From NCBI GenBank assembly GCA_963739455.1, contig CAVUAK010000001.1, forward strand, positions 288,001 to 352,000: a DNA stretch of 64,000 nucleotides, given 5' to 3'. Below are positions 1-8,915 of the stretch, piece by piece. The translations under genes were made by a program, and so were the position numbers. The notes under the pieces are model-generated. The model searched no databases and was not told the DNA's origin. It saw only the letters and a list, made by a program, of their open reading frames with translations. The stretch comes from an uncultured Gemmatimonadales bacterium (GTDB lineage: Bacteria; Gemmatimonadota; Gemmatimonadetes; Gemmatimonadales; GWC2-71-9). The number at the start of each line of letters is the position of its first letter. Position 1 is the stretch's first letter.

Positions 1-1817
1 TTGCCGACGCCGGCATCGGGTGCATCAAGATCGAGGGACGGAAGAAGAAGCCGGAGTACGTCGCGACCGTCACCCACACCTATCGCAACTTCCTCGATAG
101 GCTGGCGGAGGGGCACTGGGCCCCGCCCACGCCGGTTGAGACGCAACCGCTGGTACAGATCTTCTCCCGCGGCTTCACTGGTGGCATGTATGGCGGGCGC
201 GCGGGACGCGACTACATCACCCGCAACCAGCCCGATAATCGGGGCGCCGAGCTTGGGGTTGTGGTCGGTATGGAGGGGAACGAGCTGGTCATTGCTGTCA
301 CCGAGCCGATCGGCGTGGGTGACGGCCTTGGCTTCGAGCATCCCGATGGCGCCGCGCGCGGTAACACCGGCTTCGCCGTCAGTCGCGTGCGCACCATCTC
401 CACCCGCGACGGGCGAGTGACGCAGGCGATCCCCGCTGACGAGAAGGTGGCTGCCGGCTGGATCGTCGTGCGCTCCTCCCAGGCGTCACTCATCAATGAG
501 GCACGGGCCTCATTCTCGGCGGTGGAGAAGCGCGCCGATGCGCCCCGCATCCGGCTCGACGCCGCCGTGAGCGGTATCGCCGGCTCGCCACTCACCTTCA
601 CGTGTACTACTGGTGACGACACCGTCACTCTTCAGAGCGCCATGCCGCTCGGAGTCGCCGAGAAGCGGCCACTGGATTCAGCGCGCCTTCGCGAGCAGCT
701 CGGCCGCCTCGGCGAGACGCCGTACACGCTCGGCGCACTGGACATCTCAGGCCTCGCCATCGACGTCTTCCTCCCGGTCAGCGAGCTCAACGAACTACGC
801 CAGCTCGCAGTCAAGGAGCTACTCTCCCGTCGCGCCGCCGCCGAACAGGCCCGTCTCGATGCGCGCGTCGCGGCCATCGACTCGTCCGTGCGAGGCGTTC
901 GCGCTGCTGAGTCATTGCGAGGCGTTCGCTTCGCGAACGCCGAAGCAATCCCGCGACCTTCGAGCGGAGTCCTCGTCGCCGAGGTCTTTTCCCTCGACCA
1001 GGCCCGTGCGGCAGCGCCTCACGCCGATGAGATCTCCCTCGACCTGTTCCTTCGACACCCCACCCCGCCCACAACCCGGGTCAAGGCGTTGATCGAGGAA
1101 CTGCACGCCGCCGGCAAGATCCTCCGTCTCCGCACCCCCACCATCGTGCGCCCCGAGGAACGGAAAACGCTCGACAAGTGGCTGGCGCTCGGGACGCCGG
1201 TCGTGAGCGGGCACCTCGGCCTGGTCGCGGAGTTGGCCCGTGCCGGCCGCGATGTCGTCGCCGACTATGCGGTCAATTGCTTCAACCAGCACACTGCCGC
1301 CGAGATTTTCCGCCTCGGCGCAACCCGCATTGTCCCGTCAATCGAACTGACTTTGGAAGAGCTGGCCCAGGTCTCCGCCCCATGGGAGGGCGCGGGCTTC
1401 GAGGTGTTCGTCTACGGCCGGCCGGAGGGGATGACGCTGGAACACTGCGTGCTCTCGGCCGCCTTCGATCGCGAGGTGACTACCTGTCGGGACCTCTGCG
1501 TGCAGAAGCACCCGAATGTGGAACTGACGGATCCTGCGGGATATGTCTTTCCGGTAGCGACCGACTCGGCCTGCCGAAATCGCCTGCTGCACTCCCGCCC
1601 GGTTGACGCCTCGGAATACCTGCCGGCGCTCTGGCTGCACGGCGTCCGCACCTTCCGTCTCGTCTTCAACGTTCCCGGCGACCCCGTGGCCGAGGTTACC
1701 GCCGCTTACCGTGCCGCGATCGATGCCGTGGCCATTGGCGCCAGACCGGATGTGCGTTCGATCCGCAAGCTCAATGGAACGGCCTTCACCCGAGGCCACT
1801 TCGCCCGCGCCGTGTAG
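1..1817 (+). CDS. U32 family peptidase-like protein (RlhA/collagenase-like, DUF3656 region), 5'-truncated by window edge
   Basis: Frame open from nt 3: ADAGIGCIKIEGRKKKPEYV...FSRGF, the U32 KIEGR motif. The C-terminal second U32-like half has a Cys cluster (EHC..CRDLC..SACRN) and ends FTRGHF. Confidence 0.85.
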   Translation, partial: ADAGIGCIKIEGRKKKPEYVATVTHTYRNFLDRLAEGHWAPPTPVETQPLVQIFSRGFTGGMYGGRAGRDYITRNQPDNRGAELGVVVGMEGNELVIAVTEPIGVGDGLGFEHPDGAARGNTGFAVSRVRTISTRDGRVTQAIPADEKVAAGWIVVRSSQASLINEARASFSAVEKRADAPRIRLDAAVSGIAGSPLTFTCTTGDDTVTLQSAMPLGVAEKRPLDSARLREQLGRLGETPYTLGALDISGLAIDVFLPVSELNELRQLAVKELLSRRAAAEQARLDARVAAIDSSVRGVRAAESLRGVRFANAEAIPRPSSGVLVAEVFSLDQARAAAPHADEISLDLFLRHPTPPTTRVKALIEELHAAGKILRLRTPTIVRPEERKTLDKWLALGTPVVSGHLGLVAELARAGRDVVADYAVNCFNQHTAAEIFRLGATRIVPSIELTLEELAQVSAPWEGAGFEVFVYGRPEGMTLEHCVLSAAFDREVTTCRDLCVQKHPNVELTDPAGYVFPVATDSACRNRLLHSRPVDASEYLPALWLHGVRTFRLVFNVPGDPVAEVTAAYRAAIDAVAIGARPDVRSIRKLNGTAFTRGHFARAV

Positions 1818-1823
1818 CTGTTT

Positions 1824-1858
1824 CAGTTCCGCAGTCGCAGCTCCTCCTTACGCAGTTA
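1824..1858. repeat. Degenerate copy of the 21-bp CAGTTCCTCCTCACGCAGTYG repeat
   Basis: cagttccgcagtcgcagctcctccttacgcagtta, abutting the ABC ATPase stop codon. Confidence 0.6.
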
Positions 1859-2749
1859 CACGTACAGCCTCCTCAACATGTCTGCCGCCGACTCGTCCAG
1901 CAGTTCCTGGCTCCTCAGCTGGTCAAAGATCCCCAGCAGGTTCTCCACCCGCAGGTGCTGCTTCTCCCGCCCACGGATTTCCCGCACGATCCTGCCCCGG
2001 TGCATCATCAGCACCCTGTCGCCCAGTCGCACCGCCTGGTGCATCGAGTGCGTCACCATCAGCGTCGTGAGCCGCTGCCTCGACACCACCCGCTCCGTCA
2101 GCTTCACCACCTGCTCCACGCTCCGCGGATCGAGCGCCGCGGTGTGCTCATCCAGCAGCAGCAGGCTCGGCTTCACGAGCGTCGCCATCAGCAGCGTCAG
2201 CGCCTGGCGCTCTCCCCCGGAGAGAGTCCCCATCTTCGCGTCGAGCCGATCCTCCAGCCCCAGGTGCAGTGTGCTCACCTGCTTGCGCAGTTCCTCCCTG
2301 CGCGACGTTGTCAGCGCCCAGCGCAGCGCGAACGGGCTCTTCTCCCGGTCGAGCGCCAGCGAGAGGTTCTCCGCGATCGTCAGGTTGGGCGCCGTGCCCT
2401 TGAGCGGATCCTGGAACACTCGGCCCACATGCTGTGCCCGCCGGTACTCATCCTGTTTCGTCACGTCGGCGCCATCGAGCTTGATGGTGCCCGAATCCGG
2501 TGGGAACGCTCCCGCCACCGCGTTGAGCAGCGTGGACTTGCCCGACCCGTTCATCCCCACCACCGTCACGAAATCGCCCGGGGCCAGCGTAAGGCTGACG
2601 TCGATCAGGGCGCGCACCTCATTTGCCGTGCCGCGCTCGAACGTGTGGTTGAGGTCGTGCACTTCGAGGGTCGGCGGCGGTGTCTCCTGCGCCACGCCGT
2701 GCTCGAAGTCGTAGGCCGCATCGCGCGGAGTCGGCGCGGACTCAGGCAT
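1856..2749 (-). CDS. ABC transporter ATP-binding protein
   Basis: Walker A GMNGSGKST, signature LSGGERQ, Walker B LLLDEHTAALDP, H-loop VTH. Confidence 0.95.
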   Translation of the reverse strand: MPESAPTPRDAAYDFEHGVAQETPPPTLEVHDLNHTFERGTANEVRALIDVSLTLAPGDFVTVVGMNGSGKSTLLNAVAGAFPPDSGTIKLDGADVTKQDEYRRAQHVGRVFQDPLKGTAPNLTIAENLSLALDREKSPFALRWALTTSRREELRKQVSTLHLGLEDRLDAKMGTLSGGERQALTLLMATLVKPSLLLLDEHTAALDPRSVEQVVKLTERVVSRQRLTTLMVTHSMHQAVRLGDRVLMMHRGRIVREIRGREKQHLRVENLLGIFDQLRSQELLDESAADMLRRLYV

Positions 2750-3677
2750 CGGCGGCCTCCGGGCTCAGTCGACGCCGGCGGATCAGGTCCGGAATGATCA
2801 GCACCGCCAGCACCAGCGCCGCCGTCACCAGCTTGAGCGTGTTCGCCGGCAGGCCTGCCGCAATCGCCGCCGCCACGACGAGTCGTAGCAGGATCGAACC
2901 CAGCACCACACCGCCGATGCGTGCGCTCATAGACCGGCCCCGCAGCAAGCCCTCGTCGATCGCCACCGCAGCCAGGCCCGTCACCAGGTTCCCGATGCTC
3001 ATCTGGATGGTGACGAACCCCTGGTACTGCGCGAACAGTGCACCACTCAGCCCGACCAGCCCGTTGGACACTGCGAGCCCGGCGATGAACACCATCGCGT
3101 CATCGATCCCCATCGAGCGCGCCATCTGCGCATTGTCACCGGTGGCGCGCATCGCGAGGCCGAGCGATGTGCGGAAGAATCGGTCCACCAGGAAAACCGC
3201 GGTGCCCACCGCTGGCAGCATGGCGAGGAAGGTGGAGAGCGTGCGGGCGCTCACCTCGGTGCCGAAGATCGTGGCACCCGACTCCGGGCCGCCGAACCAC
3301 TGCCACAGTGCGAACGCCTGCGTCGGCAGCGTGCGGGTGGACGCGAGCGAGATGTCGCCGCCACCCATGATGAGGAGATCCAGCGAGTAGAGCGCCGTTG
3401 CCACCAGCAGGCCCGAGAGCAAGCGACTCACGCCGAGCCGTCGATGGATCATCCCTGACACCGCCCCTGCCAGCATCCCGGCAATGAATCCCGCCGCCGA
3501 TGCCCAGAACGAGGCCATGCCGCGCGCAAGCAGCACCCCCGCCACGACCGCGCCGAATGCGAACGAACCATCCACCGTGAGATCGAAGGTGTCGAGTACC
3601 CGGTAGGAGATGTAGACGCCGAGGCCGAGCAGCGAGAGCACCAGCCCCATCGAGAGGGCGCCAATGAGGAGGTTCAC
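2742..3677 (-). CDS. ABC transporter permease (BPD_transp_2-like, putative aromatic amino-acid type)
   Basis: Polytopic hydrophobic protein with DLTVDGSF and GLAMRATGDN motifs; overlaps both neighbours. Confidence 0.9.
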   Translation of the reverse strand: MNLLIGALSMGLVLSLLGLGVYISYRVLDTFDLTVDGSFAFGAVVAGVLLARGMASFWASAAGFIAGMLAGAVSGMIHRRLGVSRLLSGLLVATALYSLDLLIMGGGDISLASTRTLPTQAFALWQWFGGPESGATIFGTEVSARTLSTFLAMLPAVGTAVFLVDRFFRTSLGLAMRATGDNAQMARSMGIDDAMVFIAGLAVSNGLVGLSGALFAQYQGFVTIQMSIGNLVTGLAAVAIDEGLLRGRSMSARIGGVVLGSILLRLVVAAAIAAGLPANTLKLVTAALVLAVLIIPDLIRRRRLSPEAADA

Positions 3678-4960
3678 GACCCTCCTTCGATCGCCGAGAC
3701 CGGCGATACCCAGCAGATGCCCCGCTGGAACGCGCTCTCGCCTGCGCCCGCGGCACCGCGATCGTCGTGCAGCAGGTGCATGATCGAGCGGAGCGGCTGC
3801 TGCGAGAAGTACTTGGTCATCAGGGGGCGAAGCGCCACCGTGCGGAGCGGCACTGGGCGGAACTCGAAGACGGCGGCGTGAAAGTGTCCCAGGAGATCGT
3901 TCGACACACCAACTGGACGGAGCAGCGGCGCCAGGCGCGGGTCGGGCTGTCGCGATACGACGCCAGTTACCACCGCCACAGTGCCCTCGTGCACTCGTTC
4001 CGGCGTGATGCTGAAGCCGTCGCGCGCTTCAGGCATGGTGAATTTCACCGGCCGCGACGGGTCTGCCGGAGAGCGGCGGAGGCGAGCGCCCACCAGCCCC
4101 GCCACTTCCACCAGCATCACGACGCCAACCGTGGGAGACGACGAATGATCGAGACATACCCGCGCCAGTTCCGACAGCGGCACCGGTTGTCCACCGGGAC
4201 GCTTCGTGAAGCGGCTCAACGTCTCGAAGCCCCCCTCGCACAGGAGCCCGCTCCCGATCACCGCTGGTGCTGGCTCCTCAGTGGTGCCGATGAGGTAGTC
4301 AGGAACCGCGCCACCCTCGGTGGGCTCGTACGCCACCACGCCCGCCGCCGCAATCAGCTCGCCCATGCGCGGCGCGGCGTCGGCGAACTGCGCTCCGATG
4401 GCGCCGATGCCCAGGCCGAACGCCTCCGGTCCCACCTTGATGCTGCTGGCATGATCGGCATCGATCCCGCCCCGGTCGATCCATGACGCGTCACCCAGCA
4501 CTCGGCAGGAAAGGCTCGCCCCCGGATTCCGCGCGGCACTTTCGTACAGGCCGTGCAGCAGCACCAGCTTCCCCGCCACTCGCCACTCGCTGGTGCCGCG
4601 CAGCGAGTTGAGCCCGCCCGACGATTGCCGGTTCACGGTGGGTGGCGGAGCTTCCGATCCGTGCACCAGCGAACGCGTCAGGTCCGCCGCGTCGAGCTGG
4701 TGCAGGATCGCCTCGTTCGGCGCCGCAATGCTGAGGACCCCCTTCACCATCGCGAACTCGTGCCCGCCCCGCGCCAGCACCTGCATCGCGGGCGTGCTCA
4801 TGTACGACACGCGGCTCATGTCGATGGTGGCTGTTCGCACCCCCTCTCGCAGGAACTGCGCGAGGATGTCCTCGAGGGCCAGGGCCCCCTCGGCGTCGAG
4901 GCGACCTTCCAAACGAACGACGGCGCCACCGGCGCCGTCGTAGGAAGGAACAGCGCGCAC
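3674..4960 (-). CDS. STAS-domain protein with a ~300-aa uncharacterised C-terminal domain
   Basis: N-terminal VVRLEGRLDA...IDMSRVSYMST is an anti-anti-sigma/STAS pattern; translationally coupled inside the ABC operon. Confidence 0.75.
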   Translation of the reverse strand: MRAVPSYDGAGGAVVRLEGRLDAEGALALEDILAQFLREGVRTATIDMSRVSYMSTPAMQVLARGGHEFAMVKGVLSIAAPNEAILHQLDAADLTRSLVHGSEAPPPTVNRQSSGGLNSLRGTSEWRVAGKLVLLHGLYESAARNPGASLSCRVLGDASWIDRGGIDADHASSIKVGPEAFGLGIGAIGAQFADAAPRMGELIAAAGVVAYEPTEGGAVPDYLIGTTEEPAPAVIGSGLLCEGGFETLSRFTKRPGGQPVPLSELARVCLDHSSSPTVGVVMLVEVAGLVGARLRRSPADPSRPVKFTMPEARDGFSITPERVHEGTVAVVTGVVSRQPDPRLAPLLRPVGVSNDLLGHFHAAVFEFRPVPLRTVALRPLMTKYFSQQPLRSIMHLLHDDRGAAGAGESAFQRGICWVSPVSAIEGGS

Positions 4961-4962
4961 GG

Positions 4963-5955
4963 CTACTGGGCTGGGGCCGGCGCCGTCGGATTCTCGCCGG
5001 CGACTGACGTCTTCGTCGTTTCCAGCCTGTAGAACGGCACCGTGGCGAGGCTCTCTCCCTTGAGCGCCTTGGCCACCATGCCGCCTGCCACCACGCCGCC
5101 TTCCTGGAAGTCGGGGAAGAACGCCGCGGTGGCACCCTTCACCACCTCGAACGGCGACGGCGAGAACACCGGGACCTTGTTCTCCTTCGCCACCTTGATG
5201 ATGCTCTCGAACGCCGCGTGCGCCGCATTGCCGTAGATCTCGATCGCGCCCACCTTCTTCGCAATCAAGGCCGTCGTCGCTTCCGCACCCTCGGTCGGGC
5301 TGCTGATCGGCACCGCCACCACCGTCAGGCCCGCCGCCTTCGCCGACGCCGTCATCTTGTCCTTCATGCTCACCGCCAGCGGCTCCAGCGGGCTGTACAG
5401 CACCCCGATGCGCTTGGCGTTCGGCGCCACCTTCTGGATCAGCGCCACGCGGGCGCGCTGCTCCGGGTCGCCCAGGCCCGGCGAGTACACGCCGGTGATG
5501 TTCGGGAGGTGGGACGAGTCGCTCGTGCCCGCGCCAGCTGCGAACGGATCGGACAGGACGTTGAAGACGACCGGCGTGGTCTTCACCCGCTCCACCGCCG
5601 ACTTGAGGGTCTCGTCCTGCAGCGCCACGATCACGTCTGCCTTGGCGTCCAGCGCTGCATCGATCAGGCTCGGCAGAGTGGCCAGGTCGCCCTGGGCGCT
5701 GGAGATGGTAAAGACGAAGTCACGGCCCGGTTCCAGGCCTGCTTCCTGAAGGCCGACCTTGAGCGCGTCCTCGCTCCACTCGCTCCCGATCCAGTCGGCC
5801 GCGCGGATGATCGCAACTGTCTTGGGCTTGGGGGCCGCCGAGGCAGCCATCGCGGTGCTGTCAGCAGCTTTCCCGGCATCGCCCTTATTGCAGGCGCCGA
5901 GCCCGGCAACGAGAATCAGGGCCGACGCTGCCAGTGAACCATACCGCTCGAACAT
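4963..5955 (-). CDS. ABC transporter substrate-binding lipoprotein (ABC_sub_bind type)
   Basis: Lipobox LGAC; SAQGD, PVVF..LSDP..AG, NITGV and IGVLYSP.E motifs; ATG at 5955 preferred. Confidence 0.88.
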   Translation of the reverse strand: MFERYGSLAASALILVAGLGACNKGDAGKAADSTAMAASAAPKPKTVAIIRAADWIGSEWSEDALKVGLQEAGLEPGRDFVFTISSAQGDLATLPSLIDAALDAKADVIVALQDETLKSAVERVKTTPVVFNVLSDPFAAGAGTSDSSHLPNITGVYSPGLGDPEQRARVALIQKVAPNAKRIGVLYSPLEPLAVSMKDKMTASAKAAGLTVVAVPISSPTEGAEATTALIAKKVGAIEIYGNAAHAAFESIIKVAKENKVPVFSPSPFEVVKGATAAFFPDFQEGGVVAGGMVAKALKGESLATVPFYRLETTKTSVAGENPTAPAPAQ

Positions 5956-6006
5956 TGGAAGAACCCCCGGGATAGAACGTGGCAAGATCACGACACGCCT
6001 GAATCT

Positions 6007-6046
6007 AACACGCCATCAAGTCATCAAGTCTTCACGCCCTCACGCC
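6007..6046. repeat. 8-bp tandem array, 5 degenerate units (aacacgcc/atcaagtc/atcaagtc/ttcacgcc/ctcacgcc)
   Basis: Seen directly; lies between the kinase stop at 6050 and a TAGATT -10-like hexamer (6002-6007, minus strand). Confidence 0.65.
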
Positions 6047-6049
6047 CGG

Positions 6050-8859
6050 CTACTTCAGTAGCCGCTCAAACCTCGGATTCCCCTTCAACGACGCGAACGT
6101 CGGGTCGAGCGCCAGGTAGTGTGGCGTCAGGATTCCACCCGATCCTCCGGCTCTCCTCGATGAAGTCGATGGCCCGGTCCTTGTTGCCCAGGACGGTCTC
6201 GATCCGGGCCGCGTTGATCAGGATGTAGAAGTGCTGGGTGGTGGCATTCGGGGCGAGGGCGACCGCCTTTGCCAGCAGCGGACGTGCCTCCGCCGCCTTG
6301 CCCTTGATAGCCAGCATCAGGCCATAGAGCACCTGCAGTTGCGGATCGGTTGGGTTGTCCTCCGCCTGCGTCTTCGACAGCGCCAGCGACGAGTCGGCGT
6401 ACGCGCGTGCCTTCACCGAATCGCCCGCCTGCCAGTAGGCCATTGCGAGCGCCTGACCCCACCAGGCCCGGTCATTGTCGAAGGCCGACGGCGTGAGCCG
6501 GAATACCAGCTGCCGCTCCCGGTCTTCCAGGATCCAGGAAATCTCCTGATAGCCGGCGAAGTGCGCCGCAATGGCCGGCGCCGCAACGCCGGACTCGATG
6601 GCCGCGCGGATCCCAGCCCTGGCCTCCTCCAGCTTGCCCTGCAAAACCCTGGCGATGGCGAGCCATTGGATCGAATTGAGGTCCCCCGGACGCACCAGGA
6701 GTGCGGCTGCCGCGGTCGCTTCACCATCCGCGGGACGGCCCAGGTAGTCGTAGACCTGGGAGAGGGAATACAGGGTGATGTAGGACCGGGGATCGATCTC
6801 CCGGGCCCGCTCGAGCTTCGCCAGCGCCGAGCCCAGGTCGCCGGCGCCCATGTCCGATAGGCCGGCGGCCGAAAGCACCTCGGCGTCGGTGGGCGCCGCC
6901 CGCAGGGCGAGGTCCATTTCGGTGCGCGAGAGCTCCGGATTCCTCGCAACGAGCTGGTTGTACCGCGCCGCGGCGAGATGCGTCCTGGCGGCATCCGGAT
7001 CGAGGGCGACGGTCCGCTCCAGCGCCTCCTTGGCCCGCTGGGCGGTGGCCGCATTGACGAACCCGTTCGCGTAGAGCCGGCTCAGTTGCATGCTGAGAAA
7101 AGCCCAGGCATCGCCGAACGTGGAGTCGAGCGCCACCGCCTGCTCCAGGTATCCCGTCGATGCGCGCAGGCTCGCCGGATCAGGGCCCTCCACCGCGCGC
7201 CCCTTGAGGTAGAGCTGGTACGCCTCCACATTGCCGGTGGGGCGCTTGGTGACTTGCTCCTGCTCGCTGCTTCCCAGCGCCACGCCCAGGGCGCCCGCCA
7301 CCCGGGTCGCGATCTGGGACTGCACCTCGAACACGTCGGTAATGTCGGTGTCGAAGCCCTGCTGCCACTTCACGTCGCCCGGTACGGCGTCGATCAGTTC
7401 CGGCACCACCTGCACCCGCCGCTTGCCATCCGCGCCAGTGGCCCAGCGTACCGTCCCGCTCAGCAGGTAGTCCGCGCCGAGCTCGCTCGCGATCACCTGC
7501 GGGCTCTTGGTGCTGCCCTTGTACTGGCTGGCGCTCGACGACGCGATCACCTTGAGCCCGCTCACTCGTGACAGCTTGCCTCGCACCTCGTCGGCAATGC
7601 CGTCGGCGAAGTACTCGTCGGTCGAGGCGCCCTGGTTCTGGAACGGCAGCACGGCGATCCGGTTCCCCGAGGCGGCCGTGACGCCGCTTCCCGCCTTCCC
7701 CGCCCTCCCCGCCATCACCGTAGCGGCGATAGCCCAGAGCACGATGGCCGCGGCCCCCGCCATCGCGAGGTTCCGGACGCTGAACCAGCGCTTCGGCAGC
7801 GCAGTCGATCACCGCCGACGCAGTCTTGCTGCTCGCCGGGAGCACTTCCGTCGCCGCGGCAGTGACCGCGGGCGTCGTTCCCGAGCTCATACCGGCCTGC
7901 CGCAACCCATCGAGCGCGGTGACGAGCGCACTCCCAGTCGCGTAGCGATCAGCCGGATTCTTGGCCAGCGCCTTCTGCACTACCGCATCGACGGCGGGCG
8001 GCAGCCCCTGCCGCGCACCCGTCAGCGCGCGAGGCGCCTCGGTGAGGCTCCGGGTCAGGATGATGCGCGCACTCGGACCCGTAAACGGCGGCTCGCCAGC
8101 CAGCATCTCGTAGAGCACGGCACCGGTCGCATACACATCGGCGCGACCATCCACTTCCTTGTCGCCCGTCGCCTGCTCCGGCGCCATGTACTGCGGCGTG
8201 CCCACAGCAATGCCAGTGCGCGTGAGCTGCTCCCCGCCGCTGTCGCCCACGGCGCGCGCGATGCCGAAGTCGGCCACCAGCGCATGATCCTCGCTCAGCA
8301 GGATGTTGGCCGGCTTGATGTCGCGATGGATGATCCCCTGCCGGTGGGCATACGCCAGCGCCTCGGCGACTTCGCGCGCCAGGCGCAATGCATCGTCAAC
8401 TGAGAGCGAACCCTCGCGCTGCAGCTTCTCGCGGAGGGTTTCGCCCGGCACGAATGGCATGACATAGTAGAGAAGGCCATCCGACTCGCCCGAGTCGTAC
8501 ATCGGCAGGATATGCGGATGACTCAGCTGGCCAGCGATCTCCACCTCGCGCAGGAACCGTTCGGAACCTAGCGTCGCGGCGAGTTCCGGCCGCATCACCT
8601 TCACTGCCACCTTCCGCTTGTGCTTCTGGTCGGTGGCGAGATACACCGTCGCCATCCCGCCCTCGCCGATGATCTTCTCGACCTTGTAGCGCCCCGCCAG
8701 CGCCTCGGTGACCTTCGCCACCTCGAACGCACCGGTGGTGGCCATGCGCTGCGGCACGCCCGGATCAGTCGGCGTCGCCACACCACAGTGCATGCAGAAC
8801 TGCGCTTCCATCGGAAGCGGTGTATGACACGCGGGACACGCTCGCTCAGCTACAGGCAC
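6050..8859 (-). CDS. Ser/Thr protein kinase (Zn-ribbon-kinase-TM-TolB_N-like-TPR), copy 1; two apparent frameshifts (~7804, ~6138)
   Basis: CPAC..CMHC, VAVK, HRDIKPAN, DFG, IAVLPFQN..YFADG, TPR repeats. Removing two extra bases restores colinearity with copy 2, ending LDPTFASLKGNPRFERLLK*. Confidence 0.88.
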
Positions 8860-8866
8860 GAAGTCT

Positions 8867-8915
8867 CAGTTCCTCCTCACGCAGTTGCAGTTCCTCCTCA
8901 CGCAGTCGCAGTTCC
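8867..8915. repeat. 21-bp repeat x2.3 (CAGTTCCTCCTCACGCAGTYG) containing GAGGAGG on the sense strand
   Basis: Fills the spacer between kinase copies 2 and 1. Confidence 0.85.

Noticed and set aside
8867..8915. CRISPR array
   Set aside because: Units are directly adjacent with no unique spacers, there are too few copies, and there are no cas genes.
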